Shown here piece after piece: positions 62,125-64,000 of a stretch of 64,000 bases of DNA. Source of the DNA: Moniliella sp. 'wahieum' (taxonomy: Eukaryota); NCBI GenBank assembly GCA_003971905.1, contig RSEE01000043.1, positions 434,001 through 498,000 on the forward strand, given 5' to 3'. The notes below the pieces were generated by a model that saw only the letters and a program-made list of their open reading frames with translations, ran no database searches and was not told the origin of the DNA. Positions within the stretch are counted from its first letter, which is position 1; every line of letters begins with the position of its first letter. A program made the position numbers and the translations under genes.

Positions 62125-63307
62125 GGGGATGGGGGGGGGGAGGGGGGCGGATGGTTGCGTCTGGGCCGTGGCGGCGTAGTGTGCGCATGGGTTCAGTTCG
62201 GCCGGTGCTGATGGAACCTACTGCCTCGTTCGCACCCAACCGCGCCTCGCCCGTCCGCATTAATGCAAACGTTCAATCTGTCGGGACTCAGCCTGCTCAG
62301 GCATCAGATGGATGACATCATCAGCCCAGGCAGCACATGCATGGCAATGTCACGTGCCACGTCACACTCCCCGGCACAATCACTGGGATTAAATATTAAC
62401 CATCGCCTGCTCCCCAACCGGCCCTTCCCTCCCCCGGCTGTCTCTCGTCCTCGGCCCAGGATATACCCTTGTGCTGTGCTAAGTATATATAGCAGACCTC
62501 TACATTCGCTCTTTTCTTCCGTCCGTGGAATCATATCGCATCAGTCTCTCTCGTCTTCAGTCTTTGATCCACGCCCCCTCCCCCCCGCGCCCTGCACGGC
62601 TCTCGCTCGAATTTGCGCGGCCACCGGCCCAACGTCATTCTTGGGGCGCGCCAGCACAGGCTCCACTCACCGAGACTGTCTAGCATTCCTATGCTATGGT
62701 ACGGCATGCAAATGCGCAAAAGAATAACCCCATCAGACTTGCCATACATGCTTCCTCCCGTGGGCATTAGGGGTGGGGGGCCAGATGAGTGTGGCCTCGA
62801 TCACATACCCATGACCAAGGGGGGAGTAGAAATGAACGGCACGTCGTCTCCGCCTCTCTTATTCATATGTGAGAGAGGTGTGCAGGATCGTCGTGCGTAC
62901 TAACTATATATAGCACCTGTTCTTTTCCTCGGCACGGTCATTGGCCAGTGTCAGCCCGAGTCAAGCCATTGCAGGCGGGACACCACCTGGCTACGACTTG
63001 GGCTGGAGATGAGGCAAGAGAAGTACCACCACCATACCTACAGCCCTCGTAACGAGTACCACTCTGATCGGTCAATCCGTTTTGGACAGCCGACGTATTG
63101 TCTGTGCGCTTGGAGCTATGTCTTCCACCGCCGAGCCTTTTGCCCCACACCTCTGACGCTGTAGCCTCGGATTTGCCCCAGCGGTGGCGCCAGGCGATGA
63201 ACATTCAATCCACCCCTGGCGCCACGTGCACAGAAGACCAACCCCCAAAGTGCTTTGCGCCCCACCACCTCCTCGGCCGGACTGCCCCCAGCACATTCGC
63301 CCGCACT

Positions 63308-64000
63308 ATGGCCCAGATCCTGTCGTCGGGAAGCGGTGGCGTCAAGGTGCACCTGCGTGCGCCCAGCGTCGGCATCGACATGGAACGCTACCTGTCTGCT
63401 GGCGTTCCCATCTTCCAACTGCAGGGCACGCTGGAGCAGATCACCGGCATCCCGCCCTCCGGGCAAACGTTGCTGCTGGAGCAGGCGTCCGGAGTGGTAG
63501 CCCTCGCGGACGAGAGTCGAACGCTGTACGACTACGGCGTGCAAACAGGTTCGGTGATCATCGTACGTTCCCTGTTCTCCCCCCCCCCCCTCCCAGCCTC
63601 ACCCCGCAGCCCGCAGCCCACTGACTCGCGCAGGTCCAAGGCGCCGCCCCCGCCTGGCTCCAAGCCGCTCGCACCGCCGACCTAGCCGACGACGAAGCGT
63701 TCCCAAGTACGAGATGAGCCGGAAGAGTACGAGAAGCGGAGCAACACGGTGCGTGCGCAGTTGGCGGCTGTGCGGGCGCACCAGGCTCAGCAGGCGCAGC
63801 AGGCTCCCACCTCCCCTGCTGCTGCTGCGCAGCCCGCGATCCACGTCGGGGAGCGGTGCGAGGTGGACCGGGCCACGGGGCCCGCACGCGGCACGGTGCG
63901 TTTCGTAGGCGAGGCTGAGATGCCTGCGCCGCGGCCGGGCGCACCGCGCGCCACGGGCATTTGGGTCGGGGTGCAGTACGACGAGCCGGTGGGCGCGAAC
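63308..64000 (+). CDS. ALF1: Tubulin-folding cofactor B (Ubl + CAP-Gly), truncated by the window end
   Basis: Ubl domain (LEQITGIPPSGQTL, RTLYDYGV), KYEMS.EEYEKRSNTV, CAP-Gly start VGERCEV..RGTVRFVG..GIWVGVQYDEPVG. Intron 63563-63633. Confidence 0.88.

Noticed and set aside
2360..64000. Programmed ribosomal frameshifting or mass pseudogenisation
   Set aside because: Shifts fall mostly in homopolymers, hit essential genes indiscriminately and show no shared slippery site. Sequencing error is simpler.
1..64000. tRNA, rRNA or telomeric repeats
   Set aside because: No cloverleaf with a T-loop consensus, no rRNA-like segment and no TTAGGG array seen by eye. tRNAscan-SE and Infernal would be decisive.

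Overview
Eukaryotic, GC-rich fungal DNA, most likely a basidiomycete. Compact genes with few, mostly 50-75 nt GT-AG introns and CTRAY branch points suggest a smut or smut-relative lineage (inference). About 19 genes are recognisable: CHL1, VAC14, an atypical C2H2 zinc-finger protein, an Fpk1/Nrc-2-family AGC kinase, a GYF-domain protein, PHO85, a second C2H2 factor, SEC17, a HIRIP3/CHZ-like protein, LAS1, ATG16, QCR2, a La-related protein, a GH5 exo-glucanase, FUN30, CDC8, an S28 peptidase, CHS7, a GRAM/VASt lipid-transfer protein, and ALF1/TBCB (cut by the window end). Nearly every gene is broken by 1-nt indels, mostly in homopolymers. These look like uncorrected long-read errors, so coordinates are approximate. 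I found no rRNA, tRNA, CRISPR array or recognisable transposon, and I cannot claim a new multi-gene system. The best leads are: a 7-bp-period TTCAAnn motif family clustered in intergenic and promoter DNA; a zinc-finger protein with very large insertions inside two of its fingers; a minimal Las1; an unannotated spliced locus behind PHO85; and a gene-poor island of about 6 kb.
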